64,000 bases of DNA from Calditrichia bacterium. GTDB taxonomy: Bacteria > Calditrichota > Calditrichia > JAJRVZ01. Location: the NCBI GenBank assembly GCA_963777955.1, contig CAVZSQ010000015.1, positions 290,899-354,898 of the forward strand, in the 5' to 3' direction. The position numbers and the translations under genes were made by a program. The notes beneath the pieces are model-generated. The model made no database searches. It was not told the origin of the DNA and was given only the letters and a program-made list of their open reading frames with translations. Position 1 is the first letter of the stretch. Every line of letters starts with the position of its first letter. Below are positions 11,223 to 19,814 of the stretch, piece after piece.

Positions 11223-11669
11223 CTATTCCAGGCACACCACCAGGAAAGATTTATGCTCATTCCAGTTAATTGGAATAACGAAAGACTGGATGTTGTCAGG
11301 CAGTTTGATGTCTTTGGCTTTCCCTTCCACAACTACAGGTACGGAAATCATAAAATCACTGCCGTAGGCCTGCCGGACGTTTCCGGAAATAGTATTGGCA
11401 ATCTCGCCAACCAGATCTTTAATGTCTTCCCTTTTCACCTCTTTGGCGCCCAGAATGATATGGGCAACTGATTTAAGCATTTCTTCGGTTGTCGTAATAT
11501 ACACGCTTCCTTTACGTTTCCCCGATATACCGATAATACCGGTATATTCAAGTACTACGGGAGATTCATCTTTAATGTAAGGAATACCCGTACTGGCTTT
11601 GCTGTTAGTCACCTCATCAAAATAATTCAAAGTACTATCGATAAAAAAATGAAGATCGGTCTCGTTCAT
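11223..11669 (-). CDS. cheX: CheX-family CheY-P phosphatase
   Basis: TGIIGISG...G and GEIANTISGN...ISVPVVV motifs. Confidence 0.88.
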   Translation of the reverse strand: MNETDLHFFIDSTLNYFDEVTNSKASTGIPYIKDESPVVLEYTGIIGISGKRKGSVYITTTEEMLKSVAHIILGAKEVKREDIKDLVGEIANTISGNVRQAYGSDFMISVPVVVEGKAKDIKLPDNIQSFVIPINWNEHKSFLVVCLE

Positions 11670-11686
11670 TTCCAGTTCTCCTTGTT

Positions 11687-12061
11687 TTAATTTTGGGCAA
11701 TAAGCCGTTCAAACGAGCTTCGCAGTTTCTCGGGTGTGAATGGTTTCGGCAAGAAACTTTTAGCACCTAGTTTAATCGCTTTAAGGCCGGTGGCCTTGTC
11801 GGACAATGCAGTAATCACCATCACTTTGACGTCTTTCTTGATCTTCAGCATTTCTTCCAGTACGGTTAAGCCGTCTAATTCCGGCATGGTGATATCGAGG
11901 GTCACCACGTCAGGATCGGTTTGCCTGAAAATATCCAGTGCCACCTTCCCATCTTCGGCTTGGCCGACAACCTCGATATTAAAGTTCTTCAGATGTTTGT
12001 GGATTGCTTCTCTGATGATTAGAGAATCATCTACAATCATCACTTTAACCTTGTCTTTCAT
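11687..12061 (-). CDS. Single-domain response regulator (CheY-like)
   Basis: VDDS, LDITMP, ITAL and PKPF motifs. Confidence 0.9.
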   Translation of the reverse strand: MKDKVKVMIVDDSLIIREAIHKHLKNFNIEVVGQAEDGKVALDIFRQTDPDVVTLDITMPELDGLTVLEEMLKIKKDVKVMVITALSDKATGLKAIKLGAKSFLPKPFTPEKLRSSFERLIAQN

Positions 12062-12130
12062 ACAACCTCCAGTTTTTATATCATTATCGGATTATATCGA
12101 ATTTATCTTGAATAATTATGACATAAATTA

Positions 12131-15007
12131 CTATTGATTTCGGTATAAGGGTAAATTTATTTTAAATTCAAAATTCTTTCCCGGGATATTAGTAATTCTG
12201 ATCTGGCCATCGAATTTCTTTATCTTTTCCTTAATTGTATTCATACCGATTCCCTTCTTGGTAACCGGATCAAATTGTTCCGAAGAATAGATTCCCGGTT
12301 CAAAGATCAATTCGCCCAGTTGTGATTCGGTCCAGGAATCGATGGTGGCAGGCTCCCATTTGCCGAGTATTTTTGCCCGCTGAATCAATTTATCGAATTG
12401 CAGACCACAGCCGTCGTCCCGGTAAGAAAATTCGAAGGTATGCTCATTCAGCCGGGACTGAATTTCAATGATTCCACGCTCTGATTTTTTCCGGTTGCGC
12501 CGTTCCTCAGCCGTCTCAATACCATAGCGAATGGAATTGCGGGCCAGTTGCAGCGTAATATCTTTGACCAGGTTCTTATATAGATGGGGAATGGTTGTGC
12601 CATCGAAATGATCATGGAGCAGGATCACCTGTTTATTCATGGCCGTGCTCATATTCTGAATGAAATTCTTAATGGAATTGAGCATTTTTTCACTCTCATA
12701 ACTGCGTTTGGGCCGGAAGTAACTTTGAATAGTACTCATTTTTTCAATCAGGGAACTGACCTCGCGCAGTGAATATTGAATTTCATTGAGGTGCAGGTTA
12801 ATGCCGATAAAGTCTTTACCCTGGATTTCTTTTTTATCCCGGACCTTGAGAATCAGGTCCTCGGTTTCATCGGCCATATTGGAAAAAAAGGCCAGATCAA
12901 GCAACCCGGAATTCTCTTTAATCGAGCGAACCGACTCGTGTATATTTTCTAAAACCTGGCGGTACACACTTTCATGACCACCCTTGCGCATAACATCGAT
13001 TATGGAGGCCATTTCCATTTGCGCACTGTCGATAAATTCCCGTAACAATTTTGGTTCGACATGCAAAATGCCGATCAACCATTCCAGTCGTTTTTTAGAA
13101 TGAGATTCGACTTCGTTTAAACGTTTCTCCAGGCGTACCTGTTCGGTGATATCATCCACCGCTACAAGCACTTCATTAAACTGGCCGCCATCGATAATTC
13201 GTTTAAACTTAAACGACAGGCATTTCATTTCCGCCAATAATTGATTCTGATGGTTAAAATTCATCTCGATGTTGGTCAGCGGATTAAGTTCATTGATACT
13301 GATCTCATCGACGCCAGGATCAAATATCAATTCTAAAAAACGGGTAACATCATCCAGTCGCTCATCCGAAATTTTATTGCGAAAGAGTTCCAGCAGGTTC
13401 TGCTGGGCTAAATCCCTTCTCTGAAAAATACCTTCCAGGGCCAGTGAGTATTGCGAACTTAATTCGTATTTTGAATTCAACAGAAACAATCCCTCTGCGG
13501 CATTAGCCAGAATATCGTCGGTTTCGCTTTTCGCTCTCTGCAAACTATTGCGCGATTTGCGCAACTCGGTCTCTATTTCACGCCGTTCCGAAATTTCCTG
13601 CTGGGCTTGCTGGTATAATTTGGCATTTTCAATGGCCGTGGCTATCTGTGTACTCAGCAGGCAGGCATTATCGATATCGCTTTCTTTGAAAGCGTTTACC
13701 TGATCACTCTGCATGTCCAGCACGCCGATAAGTTTTTTCCCGACGGTGATCGGTACGGCCAGTTCCGAACGGGTACATTCGCTTGCTTTTTTGATAAAAT
13801 TTGGATTTTTCAGGACATTGTTGCTCACCTGGACTTTGAAGGATTGTGCGGCGGTCCCGACCATGCCCTCGCCTACCTGCAGGGTCAGATCTTTGGAAAA
13901 ATAGGTACTGTATCCACCGGCCAGCGCTTTTAAGCGCAAGGTCTTCTCATCGTTATCAAGCAGCAGTAACATAACCCCGTAAAAACTAAAAGCGTCACAA
14001 ACCGAGGTGACAATGTCCTTCAACAGGGTATCCAGATCCAGGGATCGGTTTATTTTCTGGCCGATTTCATTAAGCAACGTTGCCTGGCGCGCCCGATGAA
14101 GGGCATCTTCTTCTGCTTTCTTCCGTTTATGCTCCAATTCTTCAATTTTTCTGCTCTCCAGTGCATCAAAATAAAGCGCGGCTGCTCCAAGCAGAGCCAT
14201 ATTCTCACGGTCCGATACTTTTATCTCCAGGTTCTGAACCGAACGCTGGAAGACAAAGGAGCGCAGACCCTGATTCAAACTGGTTTTGATCAATTGATAG
14301 GCCCTGGCCAGAGGACCGCCTAAAATAATGATCTCGGGATCAAGGGCACATATAATTGATTTTATAACATCACTGAGATTTAAGCCGAACTGTTTAAAAT
14401 GTTCCCGGGCTTTTTTATCCCCTTTTACTGCCAGTTCATAAACCGTTTCGAAAGGTTCCTGCGCTATGTTTTTAAAATATTGATTGCTGCAGTAATATTC
14501 AAAATCATGATCACGATAAGGTATTTTCCCGAATTCACCCACCCCGCAATTGATCCCTGAATATAGTTTATTCTCGATGATGATTCCTGCACCCATCCCC
14601 TCACCCAGGATCAAGCCTACTACATTTGAATATTTTTTGCCACTGCCAAAATGTTTTTCTCCGGCCGCAAAACAATTGGCATCATTATTTACGTACACCG
14701 GTACTTTAAAATGTTTATGCAATTTGTCTTTCAGGTGCACTTCTTTCCAGGATGGAATACGGGTCACTTCGTAAACGATCCCTTTTTCCACATCAACAAT
14801 ACTCGGTACGCCAATGCCGATACCGGCAACCTGCGCTCCGAAGATTGCCTCGATATGCATGATTAACTCATTGATAATCATGTCCTGGCTGGCTGCTGAA
14901 GAAATTTTATACTGATGAAAAGAATTCAATTCCTGGCCGCTGACCTTCCCCAGGCGCGCATAAATACCGTCTATATCGATGCCAATAATCTGTTTGTCTG
15001 TATTCAT
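12131..15007 (-). CDS. ROK-GAF-(PAS-like)-Hpt-HATPase fusion, class III/CheA-like histidine kinase
   Basis: ROK motifs GIDI, NNDANC and GEFG; GAF motif SELAVPI..G...GVLD; HATPase RNSIRYGIE, DDGCGL and KGIGMN. No predicted TM segment. Confidence 0.82.
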   Translation of the reverse strand: MNTDKQIIGIDIDGIYARLGKVSGQELNSFHQYKISSAASQDMIINELIMHIEAIFGAQVAGIGIGVPSIVDVEKGIVYEVTRIPSWKEVHLKDKLHKHFKVPVYVNNDANCFAAGEKHFGSGKKYSNVVGLILGEGMGAGIIIENKLYSGINCGVGEFGKIPYRDHDFEYYCSNQYFKNIAQEPFETVYELAVKGDKKAREHFKQFGLNLSDVIKSIICALDPEIIILGGPLARAYQLIKTSLNQGLRSFVFQRSVQNLEIKVSDRENMALLGAAALYFDALESRKIEELEHKRKKAEEDALHRARQATLLNEIGQKINRSLDLDTLLKDIVTSVCDAFSFYGVMLLLLDNDEKTLRLKALAGGYSTYFSKDLTLQVGEGMVGTAAQSFKVQVSNNVLKNPNFIKKASECTRSELAVPITVGKKLIGVLDMQSDQVNAFKESDIDNACLLSTQIATAIENAKLYQQAQQEISERREIETELRKSRNSLQRAKSETDDILANAAEGLFLLNSKYELSSQYSLALEGIFQRRDLAQQNLLELFRNKISDERLDDVTRFLELIFDPGVDEISINELNPLTNIEMNFNHQNQLLAEMKCLSFKFKRIIDGGQFNEVLVAVDDITEQVRLEKRLNEVESHSKKRLEWLIGILHVEPKLLREFIDSAQMEMASIIDVMRKGGHESVYRQVLENIHESVRSIKENSGLLDLAFFSNMADETEDLILKVRDKKEIQGKDFIGINLHLNEIQYSLREVSSLIEKMSTIQSYFRPKRSYESEKMLNSIKNFIQNMSTAMNKQVILLHDHFDGTTIPHLYKNLVKDITLQLARNSIRYGIETAEERRNRKKSERGIIEIQSRLNEHTFEFSYRDDGCGLQFDKLIQRAKILGKWEPATIDSWTESQLGELIFEPGIYSSEQFDPVTKKGIGMNTIKEKIKKFDGQIRITNIPGKNFEFKINLPLYRNQ

Positions 15008-15043
15008 CCTGACTCCATTACAAAATCTGTCAAATTTGAGTAT

Positions 15044-18000
15044 TTAAGATTCTGCTGCGGCAAACGTTTTTTCTTTCAAAGCTGCTTCTTTGGTCTTTTT
15101 GGTTAACGGAATTTTAATCGAAAATTCACAAAATTTTCCGGTTTTTGTATTTATCTTAATGCTTCCGCCCAGGCGATCAATTTTGTCTTTGACCAGATCC
15201 ATGCCTACGCCCCGCCCTGCGATCAGACCCGCTTTCTCCGAAGTCGATATTCCGGATTTATATATAATTTCAGCAACCTGCTGATTAGTCCAGCCATCAA
15301 TTTCTTCGGCTGACCAGTGGCCGGAAGTCCTTGCTTTAGCGCGGAGTTTATCGAGTTGCAGACCGCGTCCATCGTCGCGGAAGGTGAAAGCGAAAGTCTT
15401 TTCATTTAAACTCATTTCGATCTCGATGCGGGCCTGCGGATCTTTTTTAAGTACAGACCGTTCCTCGGGATTTTCAATGCCGTGGTAAATGGCATTACGA
15501 ACCATCTGGATAATTATTTCACGCGTGGTCAGACGATAATGGTATGGTATATTCCCGGCATCAAATTTATCGTAAACCAGTTTTACCTTTTTACCCTGCT
15601 CCTGGGCCAGATTATTGATTAAATTCTCGATCGATTTGATAAATAACTCGCTTTCATAACTGCGTTTAGGCCGGAAATGAGAATGCACATTGCTTACGCG
15701 TTCGATCAGATTGTGCAATTCATCCAGGGTCCGCCGGATGTCCCCCAGACGCAACACCAGCGGCACAAAATCTGCGCCGCTTAATTTTGGTTTCTTTTTA
15801 AGATCTTCGATGCGGTCTTCAAATTCATGCGCTTTTTCCACGAAAAATTTTAAATCCAGCAGAGAAGCATTGCCTTTGATGATGTGCATCGAACGATATA
15901 CTTTTTCCAGGACCGGGATAAAATTGCTAACCTGTTCATCCTGCCGCAGGACTTTATCGATGTAGTCTAATTCCAGATAGGCACTTTCAGAGAATTCCTG
16001 CAAAAGTTTTGGCTCCACATGCAAAATGCTCAACAGCCAGTCCATTTGTTTTTTACTCATCGCCAGTGATTCTTCCAGTTTCCGGGCCAGCACAATCTGG
16101 TCGGAAAGATCGTTGACTGTAACGATCAGCTCGGAGACTTTATTTTCATCGTCGATTACCCGTTTGAATTTAAAGGCTAAATACTTTGATTTCAGCCAGA
16201 CGTCTGTCTCATCCCTGAAATTAAATTCGATCTCACTCAGCGGATTGAGATCTTTCAGGGTATCTTCATCAACATCGGTCTTAAACATTAATTCCAGAAA
16301 TTCCTGCAAATTGGTGAAGAGCTTTGTGGTCATTCTTTTTTCGACGATGTCCAGGAAATTTTTTCTGGCCGCACGTTTTTCTTCTAAAATTTTTTCAACT
16401 GCCAGCGAGTACTGCGAGCGTAATTTCAATTCAGGATCGATCAGGAAAATGCCCTCTTCCACATTACGCATAATATTATCGGTCTCTCGCTTCGAACGGC
16501 TCAGCAAACGATTTCTTTCTTTCAGTTCCTGGGTTCGCTCGGCAACCTGTGATTCCAGGAATATCCTTTGCCGGTCTACCCGTCTCATACTGAGCCGATA
16601 AATACTATAGGCCAGGCCCAGGACAAAGAAGGCGGCCAATATTCTAAACCACCATCTTTGCCAGAATGGCGGGGCAATTATAATTTTAATGGACGTTCCG
16701 GCTCTGTTCCAGAGGCCATCACTATTCGTCCCGGCGACTTTAAAGACATATTCGCCGCCATCCAGGTTGGTATAGTTGGCATACCGGCGGTTACCACACT
16801 GGATCCAATCGCGGTCAAATCCTTCCAGTTTATAGGCATAGATGTTTTTTTCGGGATTACTATAATCCAGGGCGGCAAATTCAAATGCGAAAAAATTCTT
16901 GCGGTAAGATAATTGTAATTCATGTATTTCTGAAATGGTAGAATCTAAACTTACTTCCTTATCAAAAATCTTAAACGAAGTAACGATCAGCGGAGGAACA
17001 AACTGGTGTTCCTTTACCGCCTTCGGGTAGAAACGATTATAACCATTAATACCGCCAAAGAACAATTCACCTGACTTGCTTTTAAAGCAGGCCCCCGCGT
17101 TGAATTCATTACTCTGCAATCCGTCATTGGCATCAAAGTTCTTAAAAGTCAAAGAATCCGGAGCGAAGCGGGACAACCCGCGATTGGTACTGATCCATAA
17201 ATACCCATCGTCATCCTCGGCCAATCCATAAATGGTACTGTGGGGTAATCCCTCACTTTCGGTAAAACGGGTAAAAATATTTTCGTCGGGATCAAACCGG
17301 TTTAAACCGCCGCCGAGCGTGCCGATCCACATTATTCCTTTACGATCCTGCAAGATTGCCGAAACACGTTCGTGGCTGAGTGAATTTTGATTATCCGGCT
17401 CGGTCATGTAACGATTAAAAGTTTTACTTACCGGATTGAATTTATTCAATCCTTTATAAGTTCCTATCCAGATAAATCCCTTTTTGTCTTCGTACAAGCA
17501 TAAGATACGGTTATCGGTTAAACTGTTTTTATCGGCCGGATCATGGCGGTAATGACGAAAATTATTGCGGTCACTGATAAACTGATCCAATCCGGCCCAG
17601 GTGCCAACCCACATATTGCCCAGGTGATCCTGCAGCATGGCCCGGACACTATTGTCGCTGAGACCGGACAAGTCCTTGGGATTGTATTTGTAAACTTTCA
17701 CTGAATTGCGGGCGGGATCATATTGACATAATCCGCCACCATTCGTACCGAACCAGATCATTCCGTATTGATCTTCATCGATCACCCTGATAAAATCATC
17801 ACTCAGTGCGTTCTTCTTGCGGGCCTCTGCGCTGAAGACAGTTAACTTATTGGTCCGTTTATCAAAACGGTTGACTCCCTTGCTGGTGCCCAGCCATAAA
17901 TTTTCTCTGCGGTCAACCAGAATCGACCAGACCGTGTTATCGGTTAAACTGTTAGGATCTCCCGGTTCGTTTTTGTAGTGACCGAATCTTCTCTTCTTCC

Positions 18001-19117
18001 AGTCGAAATGATTTAATCCGGCGCCATAGGTGCCAAGCCAAATTGTACCTGATTTGTCGGCGTAGATACAACGCAGCAGGTCGCCGCTCAGGCTGTTATA
18101 TTTGGCAGGATCGGAGAGCACCTGCCAGAATTTATTGCTGAGCGGATCCAGTATATTTAGTCCCAAATCAGTCGCCAGCCAGATCAATCCGGTTCGATCA
18201 CAGAATATAGAATGGATCATGTTATTGTTCAGGCTGTTCTTGTCGTTTTTCCTGGCCAGGTAAGACTTAAATTTCTTGCGTTGTTTATCCAGTTTATTCA
18301 AGCCATGCTGTGTGCCAATCCACAGATTGTGCTGGGGATCTTCCAGAATGCTCAGAATATCATTGCTGCTCAGCGAATTGGCCTGGCGTGGATCGGCGAT
18401 GTATCGCCTGAACCGGAATTCTCCAGATTTAAGTTTCTGGGCAGAACACAAGCCACCCCCCTGCGTACCGATCCATATCACTCCAGATTTATCCTGATAC
18501 AATACAGTAATTTTCTCCGTGCCGAAACTGAAGGGATCCGATTCATCGTTCCAGAAATGGGTGATTTGCCTGGTTTGGATATTTAATAAATCTAATCCGC
18601 CGCCATCAGTACCGATCCACAGATAAATCGTACTGTCCACCAGCAGGGCTGAAACATAGTCGCTGCTGATCGTGTTTTCATTCTTTGGATCATAACGAAA
18701 ACATTCAAATTTTTCGGTGAAGCGATTGAATCGATTAAGACCGCCGCCCAGCGTACCGATCCATAGATTTCCGGCAGAATCACCGGTCACTGCATTTATC
18801 CAGTTATCACTGAGCGAAAGACTATCCTGCTGCACATGTTTGAAAATCTTAAAATTGTAACCATCATAACGATTCAGGCCGTCCTGTGTTCCGAACCAAA
18901 GGAATCCCTGCTCGTCCTGATAAACATCTTCCACAGAACTTTGTGATAAACCCTGTTCGATAGAAATTCGTTTAAAATTCAGGTTATAATTTTGTGCAGC
19001 CAGTTCACCGAAAAATCCAGGACTGCTCAAAATTAAAAACAGACACAGATAATTGTGATACGATCTGACTTTAACAATCGCACAACGGATGGTTGATCCC
19101 CCGCTACTGCTAATCAT
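15044..19117 (-). CDS. Membrane sensor kinase: Reg_prop beta-propeller repeats + Y_Y_Y + TM + Hpt + CheA-type HATPase (no CheW domain)
   Basis: Many D..G.LW.GT..GGL repeats; YAYKLEGFD...YTNL..G.Y.F.V; PPFWQRWWF TM; SMHIIKGNASLL; RNAIYHGIE, DDGRGL, AGRGVGMDLV. Confidence 0.88.
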   Translation of the reverse strand: MISSSGGSTIRCAIVKVRSYHNYLCLFLILSSPGFFGELAAQNYNLNFKRISIEQGLSQSSVEDVYQDEQGFLWFGTQDGLNRYDGYNFKIFKHVQQDSLSLSDNWINAVTGDSAGNLWIGTLGGGLNRFNRFTEKFECFRYDPKNENTISSDYVSALLVDSTIYLWIGTDGGGLDLLNIQTRQITHFWNDESDPFSFGTEKITVLYQDKSGVIWIGTQGGGLCSAQKLKSGEFRFRRYIADPRQANSLSSNDILSILEDPQHNLWIGTQHGLNKLDKQRKKFKSYLARKNDKNSLNNNMIHSIFCDRTGLIWLATDLGLNILDPLSNKFWQVLSDPAKYNSLSGDLLRCIYADKSGTIWLGTYGAGLNHFDWKKRRFGHYKNEPGDPNSLTDNTVWSILVDRRENLWLGTSKGVNRFDKRTNKLTVFSAEARKKNALSDDFIRVIDEDQYGMIWFGTNGGGLCQYDPARNSVKVYKYNPKDLSGLSDNSVRAMLQDHLGNMWVGTWAGLDQFISDRNNFRHYRHDPADKNSLTDNRILCLYEDKKGFIWIGTYKGLNKFNPVSKTFNRYMTEPDNQNSLSHERVSAILQDRKGIMWIGTLGGGLNRFDPDENIFTRFTESEGLPHSTIYGLAEDDDGYLWISTNRGLSRFAPDSLTFKNFDANDGLQSNEFNAGACFKSKSGELFFGGINGYNRFYPKAVKEHQFVPPLIVTSFKIFDKEVSLDSTISEIHELQLSYRKNFFAFEFAALDYSNPEKNIYAYKLEGFDRDWIQCGNRRYANYTNLDGGEYVFKVAGTNSDGLWNRAGTSIKIIIAPPFWQRWWFRILAAFFVLGLAYSIYRLSMRRVDRQRIFLESQVAERTQELKERNRLLSRSKRETDNIMRNVEEGIFLIDPELKLRSQYSLAVEKILEEKRAARKNFLDIVEKRMTTKLFTNLQEFLELMFKTDVDEDTLKDLNPLSEIEFNFRDETDVWLKSKYLAFKFKRVIDDENKVSELIVTVNDLSDQIVLARKLEESLAMSKKQMDWLLSILHVEPKLLQEFSESAYLELDYIDKVLRQDEQVSNFIPVLEKVYRSMHIIKGNASLLDLKFFVEKAHEFEDRIEDLKKKPKLSGADFVPLVLRLGDIRRTLDELHNLIERVSNVHSHFRPKRSYESELFIKSIENLINNLAQEQGKKVKLVYDKFDAGNIPYHYRLTTREIIIQMVRNAIYHGIENPEERSVLKKDPQARIEIEMSLNEKTFAFTFRDDGRGLQLDKLRAKARTSGHWSAEEIDGWTNQQVAEIIYKSGISTSEKAGLIAGRGVGMDLVKDKIDRLGGSIKINTKTGKFCEFSIKIPLTKKTKEAALKEKTFAAAES

Positions 19118-19349
19118 ATCCTCATCCTGTACTTTTCAGTTATAAACATTTTCATTGATAATTCGCAAAACTCACATTGCAGGACATATTTCTATCATAA
19201 ATACTTACTTAAGTCCTAAATGTTTAAATTCATTATCGTCAAAAAACAGAGTTACTTTATTGAGTACGGTAAAGGAAGAGTAATAAGTATGAGCTGAGGT
19301 TAAAAACGGATTATATTTTACTTAGCACACCCGGCAGACTATTGCCGGA

Positions 19350-19724
19350 TCATTTTGCAATAAGGCGTTCGAAGGCATCTTTTAATTTTTGCGGGCCAAA
19401 TGGCTTGGTAATGTAACTTTTTGCGCCCAGACGGAGTGCTTTGAGACCGGTGGCTTTATCGGCTAAGGCAGTAATAACAACAACCTGTACATCCTTATCC
19501 AGCCGGATCATTTCATCCAGGACATCAAAGCCATCGAGTCCCGGCATGGTTATATCGAGAGTAACTATCTCCGGACTATGCTTTTTAAACATCTCCAGAG
19601 CCGAGTTACCATCGGTGGCGGTTCCGATGATCTTAACGTTATAATTCTCCAGGAATTTAGAGATCGCTTTGCGAACCACCAACGAATCGTCAACGATGAG
19701 TAATTTTTTTTGATTTTTATCCAT
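19350..19724 (-). CDS. Single-domain response regulator (CheY-like), paralogue of 11687-12061
   Basis: VDDS, LDITMP, ITALADKATGLKAL and TKPF motifs. Confidence 0.9.
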   Translation of the reverse strand: MDKNQKKLLIVDDSLVVRKAISKFLENYNVKIIGTATDGNSALEMFKKHSPEIVTLDITMPGLDGFDVLDEMIRLDKDVQVVVITALADKATGLKALRLGAKSYITKPFGPQKLKDAFERLIAK

Positions 19725-19814
19725 AAGGTTAATATATCACCATAAGTAGGTTTGTTTGCCAAATATATATTATATAAATGAAAGTTTCAAGCATCTACAG
19801 CGGTTATCAACTTT

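Noticed and set aside
9634..19724. Canonical chemotaxis operon
   Set aside because: No MCP, CheW, CheR or CheB in the window. The kinases lack CheW domains and have the Hpt placed after sensor domains.
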